NCBI GenBank assembly: GCA_044376115.1 | Contig: JBILLK010000005.1 | Location: forward strand, 256,001-320,000 | DNA length: 64,000 nucleotides | From: Polyangiaceae bacterium | GTDB taxonomy: Bacteria; Myxococcota_A; Polyangia; Polyangiales; Polyangiaceae | Direction of reading: 5' to 3' | Position numbers and translations under genes: made by a program | Notes under the pieces: generated by a model | What the model saw: only the letters and a program-made list of their open reading frames with translations | The model's database searches: none | Told to the model about the DNA's origin: nothing | Shown: positions 17,252 to 27,841 of the stretch, in pieces | Numbering within the stretch: position 1 is the first letter of the stretch | How the letters are laid out: each line of letters begins with the position of its first letter

Positions 17252-18571
17252 TTGTCGACGGCCGTTGGAAGACCTCAGCTGTTGGTTGGTGCCCGCTACC
17301 AACTGGACGAACTCATCGGTCGAGGCGCGATGGGCGAGGTCTGGCGCGCAAAAGACCAGGTCACGCAGACTCTCGTGGCGCTCAAGCTCGTCGCTATCGA
17401 TCGCGAGCAAGGCGGGCTCGACCGCCTCACGAACGAGGCGCGTTCTGCGAGCGCGATCAACAACCCGCACGTCGTGAAGATCCTGGATCACGGCTACCAC
17501 GAGGGCATCGCCTTCATCGCGATGGAGCTGCTGCGCGGGGAGACGCTTGCCTCGAGGTTGCGCCGTATGACCAAGTTGGGCCCGGTCGAAACCGTGAGCG
17601 TGGTGCGCCAAGTGGCGTTGGGGCTGGCCGTGGCTCACCGCTTGAACATCGTGCATCGCGATTTGAAGCCAGAGAACGTCTTTCTGGCCAACACCGAACT
17701 TGGGGAGGAGGTGAAGATCCTCGACTTCGGAATCGCGAAGTCGTTCGGGTCCCAGGCGAACCAGACGCAACAGGGCGTGGTGGTCGGCACCCCCGCTTAT
17801 CTGAGCCATGAGCAGATCATGGGCACGCACCCTGTGGATGCGCGCACGGATTTCTGGGCCTTGGCGATCGTGACCTTCGAATGTCTCACCGGCCATCTGC
17901 CTTATGAAGCCTCAACGGTAGCCGAGCTGTTCGTCCAGATCGTTGGTCCGGCGCGAGAGAACGCGCTCGTCAAAAGTGCCCTGCCACCAGCGTTCAAGAC
18001 CTGGTTTCGGCGAGCCACCGATCCTGACCCCGATGAGCGGTTCGAGTCCGGTCGCGAGTTCGTCGAGGAGTTGCGTCGTGCACTGCTGCCCAATGCGGCG
18101 GTCTCGGAGTGGGAGCTTGAGTCGTCGGTTCAACTCAATGCCCGCCCCACCCGGCGACGCTTGGCGCTCTTGGTAGGCGCGCTGCTCGTGCTCGCGACTT
18201 CGCTTTCGGTTTGGGCGGTGCTGGCTTTCATCGGCAAGGCCGGGCCGAGTAACTCAGGGAGAGACGGTGCGACCGCGGAACCTTCGGTCGCTGTGTCGGC
18301 GCAACTCCCGGTGACCTCAGAAACACCTGATGCTGCGCCTTCGGTCGCGCTGCCGGCTGCGGACCCATCGGCTGCTGCGGTCCCGGTGCCGTCTGCTGTC
18401 TCGACCGACTCCGCTGCGGCCAGCGACCCCGCCATCCCCGCTGAACCGCCCGCCGCGAGCGCCTCTGTGAGCGTTGCAGCGCCGAGCAGCGTGCCCTCGG
18501 TTTCTGCCGTGGTGCCCAGCTCCAAGCCGCAGGTAAAGCGCCCGCGTGATCGTTGGGGGCTAGGGATCTAG
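17252..18571 (+). CDS. Ser/Thr protein kinase (Hanks type) with TM helix and Ala/Pro/Ser-rich tail
   Basis: IGRGAMGEVW, VALK, HRDLKPEN, DFGIAK, GTPAYLSHEQ, DFWALA; TM segment LALLVGALLVLATSLSVWAVLAFI. Confidence 0.95.
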   Translation: MSTAVGRPQLLVGARYQLDELIGRGAMGEVWRAKDQVTQTLVALKLVAIDREQGGLDRLTNEARSASAINNPHVVKILDHGYHEGIAFIAMELLRGETLASRLRRMTKLGPVETVSVVRQVALGLAVAHRLNIVHRDLKPENVFLANTELGEEVKILDFGIAKSFGSQANQTQQGVVVGTPAYLSHEQIMGTHPVDARTDFWALAIVTFECLTGHLPYEASTVAELFVQIVGPARENALVKSALPPAFKTWFRRATDPDPDERFESGREFVEELRRALLPNAAVSEWELESSVQLNARPTRRRLALLVGALLVLATSLSVWAVLAFIGKAGPSNSGRDGATAEPSVAVSAQLPVTSETPDAAPSVALPAADPSAAAVPVPSAVSTDSAAASDPAIPAEPPAASASVSVAAPSSVPSVSAVVPSSKPQVKRPRDRWGLGI

Positions 18572-18576
18572 CGTCG

Positions 18577-19320
18577 CTACGAAAGTTGCTCGGTGGTGCG
18601 GCCGCGTTGCCAACGCGCAGGGAGCGTCACCGTGAAGTCTCTTGGGGAGGCGTGGAACTCGACGCGCGCGTCTCCCTCCGCCTCGCGGGCCATGAGAGGC
18701 AGGCCGCGTCCAATCTGCTCGCCCATCCCGAGCACGCGAGCGGTGGCCGCGATGATGGGGTTGCGCGGGTGGGAGATCCCGCCCTCCTTTGCGACTTCGT
18801 CGACATCGGAGAAGCCCTCGGGGGGGCCGCCGGGGCTCCAAATCTCGAGCCGATCGGAGAACAGCCTCAGCGCGACTCGGCTGGGCTTCCGCAGATCGCG
18901 GTGGACCAGGGCGTTGACCAGGGCCTCGCGCACTTTCAGAGCGTCATACTCAGCCAGGCCATTGGTGAGATTGCGGGCTGCCACGAACTCCACGCACTGC
19001 GACAAGAGAGCGGGCAGAGCGCCGTCGAGGTTGTGCTGCTCGATCACCGGCGCCGTGAGATCCGTCCCACGAAGGTGAACCGCGACCACGCCCCACTCAG
19101 GGAAAAAGGCCTGGGGTAGCAAGCCGAACAAGTAAAGGCCGGCGGTGCTTGGAACTAGCCGCGGGCTGATTTTGGAAAGGAGCCCGAGACGGACAGCCAC
19201 TTCCTCGCGCGTGTGCAGGGCAAGCAACGTCCCGGCGCGGCGCTCCACAAAGCGAAAGAGCTGGCTGGTATCGAGATCATCGAGTTCTGCCGCAGAAATA
19301 GCCAAACGCTCGTTGCTCAT
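18577..19320 (-). CDS. HATPase_c_4 ('RecG C-terminal-like' ATP-binding) domain protein
   Basis: VREALVNALVHRD, LFSDRLEIWSPGG, SHPRNPIIA, GEQIGRGL. Start set at ATG 19320 to avoid overlap with the upstream gene. Confidence 0.8.
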   Translation of the reverse strand: MSNERLAISAAELDDLDTSQLFRFVERRAGTLLALHTREEVAVRLGLLSKISPRLVPSTAGLYLFGLLPQAFFPEWGVVAVHLRGTDLTAPVIEQHNLDGALPALLSQCVEFVAARNLTNGLAEYDALKVREALVNALVHRDLRKPSRVALRLFSDRLEIWSPGGPPEGFSDVDEVAKEGGISHPRNPIIAATARVLGMGEQIGRGLPLMAREAEGDARVEFHASPRDFTVTLPARWQRGRTTEQLS

Positions 19321-19339
19321 GTCTGACCTCGATCGAAAG

Positions 19340-21250
19340 CTAGTTGGGAGCGTCGGAAGGTGACTCAGCACCGAGCTCGTAGTCGACGTTGATGCCAAGG
19401 TGCTTCATCAGACGAATGGCGTTGGTGCTCTCAACCACGCCCGACTTGAGCTTGTAGTCGAACACCATTTTGCCTTCCTCGAGATGGTCGGAGAAGTGGA
19501 CCTTCTGGACCAACCCTTCGCTCTCATCAGCGATCGCCACGAGGGCAAAGTCATGCGTGGAAACACCACCAACCGCGCCTCTTCGAATCAGGTCCAGCAC
19601 GACTCCGCGGGCTCCGATCGAGCGCTCGTGCGAGTTGGTCCCGTGCAAGATTTCGTCGAGCAGAAAGAGCACCGGGTCTCCACCTTGCGCGGAGCTTACG
19701 ATTGCCTTCAGGCGCACCAACTCAGCGTAGAAGTGGCTCATCCCACGCTCGAGCGCATCCCCAATGCGCATGCTGGTCCAGGTCTTCATCACGGTAAGTG
19801 AGGCCTGTTTTGCGCACACGGGGAGCCCAGCGTTGGCCATGATCGAGCACAAGCCAACCGCGCGCAGGTAGGTGCTCTTGCCCGACATATTGGAACCCGT
19901 AATCAAGAGAGCGCGCTGCTTCGGGGAAAAGCTGGCGTCGTTCACCACACGCTTGTCTTTGTTGATCAGCGGGTGCCCCAAGCCTTGGGCCTCGAGAGCA
20001 GGCGCGCCATCCGATACGGAGGGCCAAGCGTAGTTCGGGTTCTCCCCAGCAAAGGTGGCGATGCTCGCAAGCGCCTCAAGTTCACCGAGGGCGACCAACC
20101 AAGCGCGGGTGCGCTTGCCGCAACGCGCGCGCCAGCGTTCGAGCGCCAACGCAACCCACAGGTCGTACAGAAAGACCGCGTTGACGAACATGTGCACGAT
20201 GGCGTTGTGCCGTAGGTCGGCGAACCCGATCACGCGCTCGAGCAGGGCGATCTCTCGGCTCGCTGTGTGCTCACCGGCGCGCAGAGTCTCGACGATCCGC
20301 TTCAAGCTCGGCGACTCGAAGGCTGTCTGCGCCTCGACCAGCTCGAACACACGACGGAACTTGCCGAGCGGCGCCTCACGCGAGGAGACGAAGGTGACCA
20401 TGCGATCGATCGGACGAAACAGCGAGCCAAGGAGCACCAGCTGGCTCACGAAGGAGATCAGGTAGGCGTAGCCCAACAGCGGTGCGACGTTGCTCAAGAG
20501 GCCGCGCACGAGAAAGAGCGTGATCGTAAGCGGAACAACCAGCCGTGCGGCGAGGATGAGGGTGGCGCGCGAAGCCGGAGCCCCGTTTGGACGCCCACCG
20601 ATCGGGAGCTCGGCCGGTGCCTCTCCCCAAACAGCCAGTGGCTCTGCCGCGCGCCCGCGACTTTCAGCACGGCGAGCATGAACGGCTAGGTCCTCCAAAA
20701 AGGCCGGTGTCAGCAGCAGCTCTTTGGCTGCCTCCTGACGCGCTCGCACGGTGTCGGCCGACGTCGTCGTCAGTAAGAATTGCGCTAGAGACTCCTCGCC
20801 GATCGAGGTCTCCGCCCTGGAAATCAGCTGAAACAGCGAATGTTCACCAAACAGATCGAGGTCGGACGCGTTCTCGTGCTCCGGCTTGTCGAAGCGCTTC
20901 CCAAACGGATCGGGGTTGCTCTTTTTGGACGCCGACGCGACGGCTTCCCCCCGCATGCGCGCCTGACCAGCCTTCAGGTAGGTCTCGCGTTCGGTGAGCA
21001 ACATTTGTTCGGAGAGCACGAACGTGTGGAGCACCACCAGAAGGATGAACAGGGCGACGAGAACGCCGAGCGTGATGGTCGACCACAGCGGCCAGCCGAG
21101 TACGAAATTGGTGATCAGCACGCCGATCGACGCGAGCACCGTGAGGCCTCTCCGCGACGAGAATACGTCGCTGCGGTCAGCGATGTTCTTCTGGAGTGCG
21201 GACAGTGCGGAAAGCCGTTTTTCGTAGTGCGCGGTAAGCCCCTCTGCCAC
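19340..21250 (-). CDS. Membrane-anchored MutS-like ATPase (MutS domain V; not the mismatch-repair MutS)
   Basis: Walker A ITGSNMSGKSTYLR, SHFYAEL, LLDEILHGTNSHER, STHD. N-terminal and central TM helices; DLDLFGEHSLFQLI motif. Confidence 0.9.
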   Translation of the reverse strand: MAEGLTAHYEKRLSALSALQKNIADRSDVFSSRRGLTVLASIGVLITNFVLGWPLWSTITLGVLVALFILLVVLHTFVLSEQMLLTERETYLKAGQARMRGEAVASASKKSNPDPFGKRFDKPEHENASDLDLFGEHSLFQLISRAETSIGEESLAQFLLTTTSADTVRARQEAAKELLLTPAFLEDLAVHARRAESRGRAAEPLAVWGEAPAELPIGGRPNGAPASRATLILAARLVVPLTITLFLVRGLLSNVAPLLGYAYLISFVSQLVLLGSLFRPIDRMVTFVSSREAPLGKFRRVFELVEAQTAFESPSLKRIVETLRAGEHTASREIALLERVIGFADLRHNAIVHMFVNAVFLYDLWVALALERWRARCGKRTRAWLVALGELEALASIATFAGENPNYAWPSVSDGAPALEAQGLGHPLINKDKRVVNDASFSPKQRALLITGSNMSGKSTYLRAVGLCSIMANAGLPVCAKQASLTVMKTWTSMRIGDALERGMSHFYAELVRLKAIVSSAQGGDPVLFLLDEILHGTNSHERSIGARGVVLDLIRRGAVGGVSTHDFALVAIADESEGLVQKVHFSDHLEEGKMVFDYKLKSGVVESTNAIRLMKHLGINVDYELGAESPSDAPN

Positions 21251-21345
21251 CTGGCGGAAGTAGCACGGCCACTCCGGCCTGGCACTCTCCAGATTGCCTT
21301 GTGCTTTGGGCTCTGTGAGCCGAGGACGAATCGCTCGTGATGGTC

Positions 21346-21351
21346 TAATCT
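21346..21351 (+). promoter_or_regulatory. Putative -10 hexamer (leaderless-type) TAATCT
   Basis: 6 nt upstream of GTG 21358; no SD in between. Confidence 0.45.
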
Positions 21352-21357
21352 GCGCCC

Positions 21358-21921
21358 GTGATCGACCGCAACTCGGCTTTTGTTTGCATCATGATCCTGG
21401 GTTTAGCCGCCGGCTGTTCGCCGCCGCGGCGCGCGCCGGTTGCTCCGTGTCCCCCCGCCGCGCCGATGACGGATCCGCGCGTCCTCGATGGAATTGCCCG
21501 CATCGAAGGCTCGCTGCGGATGGCGCCGGCGGTGGAGCCAGCAGCTGGCGCGGGCAGTGATGCCTTCAAGGATCTGGCCGCACAGCGGCTGGGCCTGGCT
21601 CAGCGGCAGGCCGAAACCAAGCGCACCATCGACGCGCTGGTGTTGCGGATCCAACGCGCGCGTAAGGCTGCGCGTGCGTTGGCCGAGTCCGACAGCGACC
21701 GAGCGGTGATCTCCGAGACCTTGCTCGACCTCGATGAGGGCAAGCCCCTACCGAAGTTGCCCAAGCGTTTGGGCGAGCGCGAGCCGATCAAAGACGCCGC
21801 TGAAGCGCATGCACTTTTGACGAAGGCGCGCGAACAGCTCAAGCGGCTCGACGGTCAGATCGATGCGATTGACGCGACGCTCGCTTCGGCTGGCCCCGGG
21901 CCGATCGTCGCTGCGCCCTAG
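21358..21921 (+). CDS. Hypothetical lipoprotein with coiled-coil
   Basis: Lipobox-like LAAGC followed by heptad-like helices; TAATCT hexamer 6 nt upstream of the GTG. Confidence 0.65.
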   Translation: MIDRNSAFVCIMILGLAAGCSPPRRAPVAPCPPAAPMTDPRVLDGIARIEGSLRMAPAVEPAAGAGSDAFKDLAAQRLGLAQRQAETKRTIDALVLRIQRARKAARALAESDSDRAVISETLLDLDEGKPLPKLPKRLGEREPIKDAAEAHALLTKAREQLKRLDGQIDAIDATLASAGPGPIVAAP

Positions 21922-23111
21922 ACGACGAACGCGGCGTGAAGCTTTTGTGAGAGCTCGCTGGTTTGCTCAGGGCGGACCACCGCAGTCAAACGCAGCGGAC
22001 CACCGACCAAAGCCAACGGTTGCGCTGCTTCGACAATGGCGCTGAAGTCGCGCAGCGCAGCGGCGTTACCGGCGAGCCCGTCGCCTACGACGCTGACGGC
22101 CGCTACATCTTCTTCGACGGTTGCCTTCGGCAAGGCGCGACGCAGCTTCTCCGCTGCGGCGGCCGGCGTCGGGTGGTTCAGCAGCGGAAACAGCGCCGTG
22201 CCGCTATCGAGGCCGAAGGTGAGGTCCTTGAACGGCAAGTCGAGCTCAACCAACTGCGCGATCACCGTGCTCCGCGAAAGCCCGTGGAACGATGCGCGCA
22301 GCAACTTCGTCTCGCTCGAGATCGCACGCACGTTGTGGCTGCGTTGCGGCCGGTTCGGGGTAATCACCGTCTCGCGACCGCGCTCAAAGGTCGAGCGTGC
22401 GGCCAACGTGATGCCGCGACGGCGCGCCCACTCGACGGCCTGCGCGCACACGACTTTGGCGCCACATTCGGCCATCTCCTGGAGCATGGCGTGATCCATC
22501 TCCGGCAGATGCACGGCCGCCGGAACGACGCGGGGGTCCGCGGAATAGACGCCATCCACGTCGCTGTAGATCTCACAGCGGTCAGCCTCGAGGGCGGCTG
22601 CGAGCGCTACCGCGGTGGTGTCGGAGCCACCGCGCCCGAGCGTGGTGATCTCGCGCTTGTAGCTCATGCCTTGGTAGCCGGCGACGATCACGATGTTGCC
22701 GCGATGCAGCTCATCCTCGATGCGGTGCGGACGAACCTCGATGATGCGCGCGTCGAAGTGTCGGTCGTTAGTAAGGATCCCCGACTGCGACCCAGTGAAC
22801 GATATAGCCGGAAATCCCCGGGCTTGTACCGCGATCGAAAGCAGCGACATCGATACGCGCTCGCCGGTCGAGACCAACATGTCGAGCTCGCGGCGAGCCG
22901 GTTCCACTTTGGCGCCGTCCACGGTTGCGACGTTGTGCGCCAGGGAGATTAGGCCGTCGGTGGTCTTGCCCATCGCGGAGACCACAACCACGACGTCGTT
23001 GCCCGCTCGTTTGGCTTCTACGACGCGGTCGGCTACGCGTCCGATCTTCTCGACGTCGGCGACGCTAGAACCGCCATACTTTTGAACGATGATGGGGCGG
23101 GAACGGGACAC
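21918..23111 (-). CDS. lysC: Aspartate kinase
   Basis: [49 protein letters not shown]-terminal ACT-like region; AGGAG RBS. Confidence 0.95.
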   Translation of the reverse strand: MSRSRPIIVQKYGGSSVADVEKIGRVADRVVEAKRAGNDVVVVVSAMGKTTDGLISLAHNVATVDGAKVEPARRELDMLVSTGERVSMSLLSIAVQARGFPAISFTGSQSGILTNDRHFDARIIEVRPHRIEDELHRGNIVIVAGYQGMSYKREITTLGRGGSDTTAVALAAALEADRCEIYSDVDGVYSADPRVVPAAVHLPEMDHAMLQEMAECGAKVVCAQAVEWARRRGITLAARSTFERGRETVITPNRPQRSHNVRAISSETKLLRASFHGLSRSTVIAQLVELDLPFKDLTFGLDSGTALFPLLNHPTPAAAAEKLRRALPKATVEEDVAAVSVVGDGLAGNAAALRDFSAIVEAAQPLALVGGPLRLTAVVRPEQTSELSQKLHAAFVV

Positions 23112-23163
23112 TCGGCTCTCCTGAGTGTGGCGCTAGCATGCCGACCCTCACTGGGCCAAGCAA

Positions 23164-25488
23164 TCAGCCCTCAGCCATCGACTCGTACAGCTGAGCTTCG
23201 TCCTCGCGGCCCTCAGCGCGCGTCTTTTCTGCGAGTCGCAGCAAAACAAGCCGACGCGCTTGGTGTAGCTCCGGCACCTGATCTTCATCGGCGTCTTCGA
23301 CTCGCGCCGAAAGCAGTGCCAATAGCTCGAGATCGCGACCGAGCAGCTCGAGCAGCTCGCCAAGCTCTTCGGCCGTGGCTTGATCCCGTGGGTCGGCGCG
23401 CAGCCTTTGCGAAAGCACCTCGACGCGCTCCTCGGCCAACGCTGGATCCAACGGTGGCTGCTGCGCCGCTTGCTGCTCATCAACGATCTCGGGCTGCGCG
23501 AGATCAACGAGCTCGGGCTCGGCGACGGAGGGTGGGAGCGGGGCTTGGGCAACCTGTACCACGCGTGGTTGTGGTTGCTCCATTGCTGGCTCGGCTTGGG
23601 CGCTGCGCAGAGACGCCAATCGTCGGCTGGCCTCGCGGTGGGACGGCGAAAGTCGCAACAGGAGATAGAGCGTTCGGGAGGCGGCTCGACCGTCGCCCAG
23701 CACCTCCTGCTCGAAGTGGCTGGCCGCCAGCAAGACCTCGCATAGTGAAAGCGTGGCCTGCGTCGGCGGCTGATGGGCGCCTGTAGGCTCTGGCACGTTC
23801 ATCTCGGCGAGCGCACGCAATCGACCCAGCGCGCGCGCGGCGCCTGCGGTGTCCCCGAGCTCGTGCCGCCAACGGGCCTCGGAAAGACGCGCCTTGCCCG
23901 CGCATTCGCGCTCGTTCGAGATGTTCGCTACGCGTGCGATCGCGTTCGGTCGATCTTGCGCATAAGCGACGAGCGCCTCTGCAAGCTCGAGCTCCACCTC
24001 CGAGAGGTCCTGACCGAGTTCGGTCGCCAGCGAAATTGCGCGACTGAAGAGATCGAGGCTGCGGGCGAGTTTGCCGCGTTCGCGGAGCGCTCGCGCGAGC
24101 CCGGCGACAGCGACAGGATCGCGCGGTTCAAAGCGGATCGCGCGCTCAAAGAGCTTTTCAGCCTGATCGATGAAGCCGCGTTCGGCGAATAGCTCTCCAG
24201 CCTCCCGCGCGACTCTGCAGCGCTCTTCGCGAGTGCGCGCGTTGGCCTCCAAATGCTCGAAGTCCGCGCGTGCCCCGCGGTCATCGCCGATGAGCAGCCG
24301 TTCACGGAGGCGCTGCCAGCGGGCCTGCGCGAGCATCGGCCAGCGCAAGACGGCCTCGTCGAGCGCCGCCGCGCGACTCTTGCGATCGATCGCCACCTGC
24401 GCTGCCTGAAACCACGCGAGCGCTGCCAGCCCAGCTGACGGCTCTTCAGCGCCTGCTCTCGCGAACGCAGCATAGGCCGCTTGGTCCTCGCCGCTGCGCA
24501 AGAGGGCGACCGCCCCGAGCACGCCAGCGCTGACCAGATTCTCCACCTCGATGATCGAGCCGATGGCCGCTTCTACACGGTCCTCCTGGAGATCGATGTT
24601 GGCGAGCCGTCGGGTCGCGTCGAGGTGTCGCGGCGCTCGCTCGAGCGCGGCGAGGTAGGCTGCGCGACCGAGATCCCGCTGACCTTTGAAGCAAAGATCG
24701 TCCGCCTCTTCGAGCAGTTGAGCCGTCTCGAGTGCACGCACTGCACGGGTCGAGAGCGGGCCTGGCGGATCTTCGCTCGCGATCACCACTCTACCCGAGC
24801 GCGGTGAGACCGAGAAACCCAGGCGTAGGCCTTCTGTCGACGGCACGCGCGCGCCCGCACCGGGGAGCACCTCCAGCATCAGCTGACGCATGGGGTCTTC
24901 CAGCGTGAACAGGCTGCCTTTGCGCATAGCGCTGGCGGGCAAAAGCGCGCTGACCAAGCGGAGCGCACAGGTGTGTGGTGCTTCGCTCAAACCAAGCCCG
25001 CGAGCCTCCTCCACGACGAGCCGCAGCCGGGCTCCCAAGGGCGCTACGATCAGGTCGAAGGCCAAAGCACCTTCCGGCCACCGTACCGCCACGAGCAGTC
25101 CGTCGAGGCGCGCGGCCAAGGTGAGCTCTGCAGGCTTCGGCAGCAGTGTTCGCGGCAACATCGGCGTGAGGCGCGCCGCCGTCTCTGGCAGCACGAGCTC
25201 GACTTGGGCGCGATGCAAGAGCCCGCGCATGTGGCGGAACTTCCGCACTCCGCCGCTCAGATCGACGGGAAAGCGCAGGTCCGGGAGCGAGAACGCGAGC
25301 TCGCTCAGCTCGAGCCCCGCCGTTACGCGGATGGGCTGAGCGAGCTCTAGCCCGAGCTTTCCGCCGGCCAACTCGAGCCGCAGGCTGGGTTCTTCCTCTC
25401 GCGCGCTTGATTGCGTCGGGCGAGGAAGCACCTCTTGCGCTGGACGAGCGCGCGGCGGGCTCTTTCTCTTTCGCGCGTCGGCAAGCAC
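23164..25488 (-). CDS. TPR-repeat protein with N-terminal beta-rich domain
   Basis: 774 aa with TPR-like segments (AEKLFERAIRFEPRDPVAVAGLARAL; LSQRLRADPRDQATAEELGELLE). Confidence 0.75.
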   Translation of the reverse strand: MLADARKRKSPPRARPAQEVLPRPTQSSAREEEPSLRLELAGGKLGLELAQPIRVTAGLELSELAFSLPDLRFPVDLSGGVRKFRHMRGLLHRAQVELVLPETAARLTPMLPRTLLPKPAELTLAARLDGLLVAVRWPEGALAFDLIVAPLGARLRLVVEEARGLGLSEAPHTCALRLVSALLPASAMRKGSLFTLEDPMRQLMLEVLPGAGARVPSTEGLRLGFSVSPRSGRVVIASEDPPGPLSTRAVRALETAQLLEEADDLCFKGQRDLGRAAYLAALERAPRHLDATRRLANIDLQEDRVEAAIGSIIEVENLVSAGVLGAVALLRSGEDQAAYAAFARAGAEEPSAGLAALAWFQAAQVAIDRKSRAAALDEAVLRWPMLAQARWQRLRERLLIGDDRGARADFEHLEANARTREERCRVAREAGELFAERGFIDQAEKLFERAIRFEPRDPVAVAGLARALRERGKLARSLDLFSRAISLATELGQDLSEVELELAEALVAYAQDRPNAIARVANISNERECAGKARLSEARWRHELGDTAGAARALGRLRALAEMNVPEPTGAHQPPTQATLSLCEVLLAASHFEQEVLGDGRAASRTLYLLLRLSPSHREASRRLASLRSAQAEPAMEQPQPRVVQVAQAPLPPSVAEPELVDLAQPEIVDEQQAAQQPPLDPALAEERVEVLSQRLRADPRDQATAEELGELLELLGRDLELLALLSARVEDADEDQVPELHQARRLVLLRLAEKTRAEGREDEAQLYESMAEG

Positions 25489-25494
25489 GGGGAA

Positions 25495-25503
25495 AGGATA
25501 TCA
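25495..25503 (-). promoter_or_regulatory. Putative extended -10 TGaTATCCT (leaderless-type)
   Basis: 6 nt upstream of GTG 25488. Confidence 0.5.
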
Positions 25504-25508
25504 GCCGT

Positions 25509-27677
25509 TCAGCGAGGCGGCGAACTTTCAGCGCCGGATAGCTCAAGCAGCCTTCGTGGGTGCTGCCAGGTCCGGATGTCGCGGAGCTGGCCCGAACCAG
25601 CAAACTCGAAGCGCTGAAACACCTGCTTAATCGCTGTGACCTTGCGATCCTTGTTGCCGCCCGAGGCCTTCTCCCACTCGAGCTCGAGGCCGGTGCAGTT
25701 CGCCCAAAAACCCTGCGCCTCATCCTTCGGAATCAGCGCCAAACTGCACTGATCTTGGAAAAGGAAGGTCGAGCTTGAGAGCCACTTCACCGTCTCTTGC
25801 AGCTTTTCCGAGTTCAACGTCTGCCCGAAAAAACCGATCGAGGGGGCGGAGTTCTTTGCGATGCGATCCCCGTGGCCGGCGTTGAACGCCGTCTCGTACA
25901 GGAGGACCGGGTTGGACGCATTGCGCAGCGAGGTGAACTTGCGCAGCTCACCGCTGAGCGAAACAGCGCGACTGCAGCACAGCGTTGCGCGCGCTTCGCG
26001 GACGTCGTCGAGCAACACCGTCTCTCGAGCACTGCACCCCGCTGTTCCACCGCGTTGAACGAAGCCGCCTGATTCGGAGCTGAAGGTCCAGGACTCCGTG
26101 CGCCCAAGCTCCGGGTAGGTCGTGCAAGCCCGCTCAAACTGCGTGTCCGAGCAGAGCGAAAGCCCCTTTTGGCGACATACGGCCGACGCCGCAAGCAAGC
26201 CGAGCCCACTGTCTGCGGCGTCTCGTTGCACCCAAAAGTCGGGCACCCAGATCGACTCGCTGATGCGACCCTCTTTGACGGCTTGCTTTCGGAACGATTC
26301 CGCTTTCACCACGGCTGCAGAGGGCACGGCGACCGCACTCGGAGTGGAGCTTGCGCTGGGCACCGAACTCGGTGTCGCGCTCGGAGCGCTGTTTGAGGCC
26401 GCTACGACGGAATCTGCGAGCGGCGTCGCCGGAGGTGGGGCCTTCCTCGTTACAACGACGCCAACTCCGACCGCAACCAATAGCCCCCCAGCGAGAAGCC
26501 AGGGCGTTCGACTTGAGCGAGGTTCAGCTGCAGCGGCCGGAGGCTGCACCGACGGCTTGGTTGCGAGCTCCACAGCACCGTTGGTCGCCGCAGCCCGTAG
26601 CTCGGCTGGTTGGTCCTGCTGCGGACGCGGGGCCGTATCCACTTGGGTCGGGGCGAACCCGACCTCGCTCTCGGCCTCATTCGCGCGGGTTTGCGCGGCC
26701 GTCGCTTCGGCTGCGAGAAACTGCTCCGTCGTAAGCTCCTGCGAGGTAGCCAGCTCCGGCGCACGCTTGGTTTCTGCGTCCAACGGAATGATCGAGGCTG
26801 GCGTGATTCCGCCAGCGGCCTCCGCAAAAGCGTTTGCAAGCTCATCCGCGCTTGCAAAGCGGCGCGCCGGGTCAACCGCGAGCGCACGCTGGAAGAAGCC
26901 GTCGAGTTCGGCCGGAGTACCGGGCAAAGAGGCGGATGGCGGCGTGACCTCCGCGCGCGTGATCGCTAAGAGCGTCGCAGCAAGCGTTGCACCTGCGAAC
27001 GGGAGCGAGCCTGTGACAGCCTCATAGGCGACCACTCCAAGCGCCCATAGATCAGCGCCAGCATCGGGTGGACCCGCGTGCATCAGTTGCTCGGGACTCA
27101 TGTATTGCGGCGTCCCAATCAGCACGCCGGTCGAGGTTTTGAGGCTCTTTTGTACTTCATCGCCCGCGTTCGTCGTTTTGGCGATGCCAAAGTCGAGCAG
27201 CTTGGCGACCTCGGCGCCGCTCCGCGATCGGGCTAGAAATACGTTGTGCGGCTTGATGTCGCGGTGAACGATGCCCATGGCGTGCGCGGCTTTCAGCCCA
27301 TTGGCCACCTCGCTAATGATGCGCGCCGCGTCTCCAGGAGCGAGCCGACCGAGCCTGGCGATGCGCTCGGCGAGGCTCTCCCCGCGCATGAACTCCATCA
27401 CGATGTAGGGCGAGCCATCGGCTTTGGTCAGCCCGTGGTCGAAGATCCGAACGACGTGATTGCTTTCGATCTTCGCCGCTAGTTTGGCTTCGCGATGGAA
27501 GCGCTCCACGACCAGCTTGTCGCCACCCGAGAGGAGCTCCTTCGATACGAATTTGACCGCGACGTCGACGTCGAGCGAGTGGTGCCTCGCGACCCAAACG
27601 CTGCCCATTCCGCCGCGACCGATCAAACGGACGAGACGGAGGTTGTCGGTTACGTAGTCGCCCTCACGGGGCTCCAT
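25509..27677 (-). CDS. Ser/Thr protein kinase with TM helix and Cys-rich extracellular domain (FGE-sulfatase/C-lectin-fold-like)
   Basis: IGRGGMGSVW, HRDIKPHN, DFGIAK, GTPQYMSPEQ, then a TM helix and AASAVCRQKGLSLCSDTQFERAC...QRGG...LCC. Confidence 0.93.
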   Translation of the reverse strand: MEPREGDYVTDNLRLVRLIGRGGMGSVWVARHHSLDVDVAVKFVSKELLSGGDKLVVERFHREAKLAAKIESNHVVRIFDHGLTKADGSPYIVMEFMRGESLAERIARLGRLAPGDAARIISEVANGLKAAHAMGIVHRDIKPHNVFLARSRSGAEVAKLLDFGIAKTTNAGDEVQKSLKTSTGVLIGTPQYMSPEQLMHAGPPDAGADLWALGVVAYEAVTGSLPFAGATLAATLLAITRAEVTPPSASLPGTPAELDGFFQRALAVDPARRFASADELANAFAEAAGGITPASIIPLDAETKRAPELATSQELTTEQFLAAEATAAQTRANEAESEVGFAPTQVDTAPRPQQDQPAELRAAATNGAVELATKPSVQPPAAAAEPRSSRTPWLLAGGLLVAVGVGVVVTRKAPPPATPLADSVVAASNSAPSATPSSVPSASSTPSAVAVPSAAVVKAESFRKQAVKEGRISESIWVPDFWVQRDAADSGLGLLAASAVCRQKGLSLCSDTQFERACTTYPELGRTESWTFSSESGGFVQRGGTAGCSARETVLLDDVREARATLCCSRAVSLSGELRKFTSLRNASNPVLLYETAFNAGHGDRIAKNSAPSIGFFGQTLNSEKLQETVKWLSSSTFLFQDQCSLALIPKDEAQGFWANCTGLELEWEKASGGNKDRKVTAIKQVFQRFEFAGSGQLRDIRTWQHPRRLLELSGAESSPPR

Positions 27678-27841
27678 AGGCGGCCCAGTTTAGGCGCTCT
27701 GCCCACCACTGTCGAAGTTCTGGCGCTGCGCATCGAATCAGACCCAGATTCCGACCGCGTTCCGCTTCGTCAGGGTAGGTTTCGAGTTCCCCGATCAACG
27801 AGCTATGCTCCGCGACCGAGGCCGAGTAAGCACTTGCGGCG

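Noticed and set aside
19340..21250. Mismatch-repair mutS or mutS2
   Set aside because: No mismatch-recognition N-terminal domains or Smr domain; has TM helices.
21280..21297. Sigma-54 promoter TGGCAC...TTGC
   Set aside because: The spacer is 8 nt instead of the required 5, so GG-N10-GC is not met.
23112..23163. Lysine riboswitch upstream of lysC
   Set aside because: The intergenic gap is only about 52 nt, too short, and shows no recognisable structure.
27678..27841. tRNA or ncRNA in the longer intergenic gap
   Set aside because: No cloverleaf or other recognisable RNA motif; more likely a divergent promoter region.
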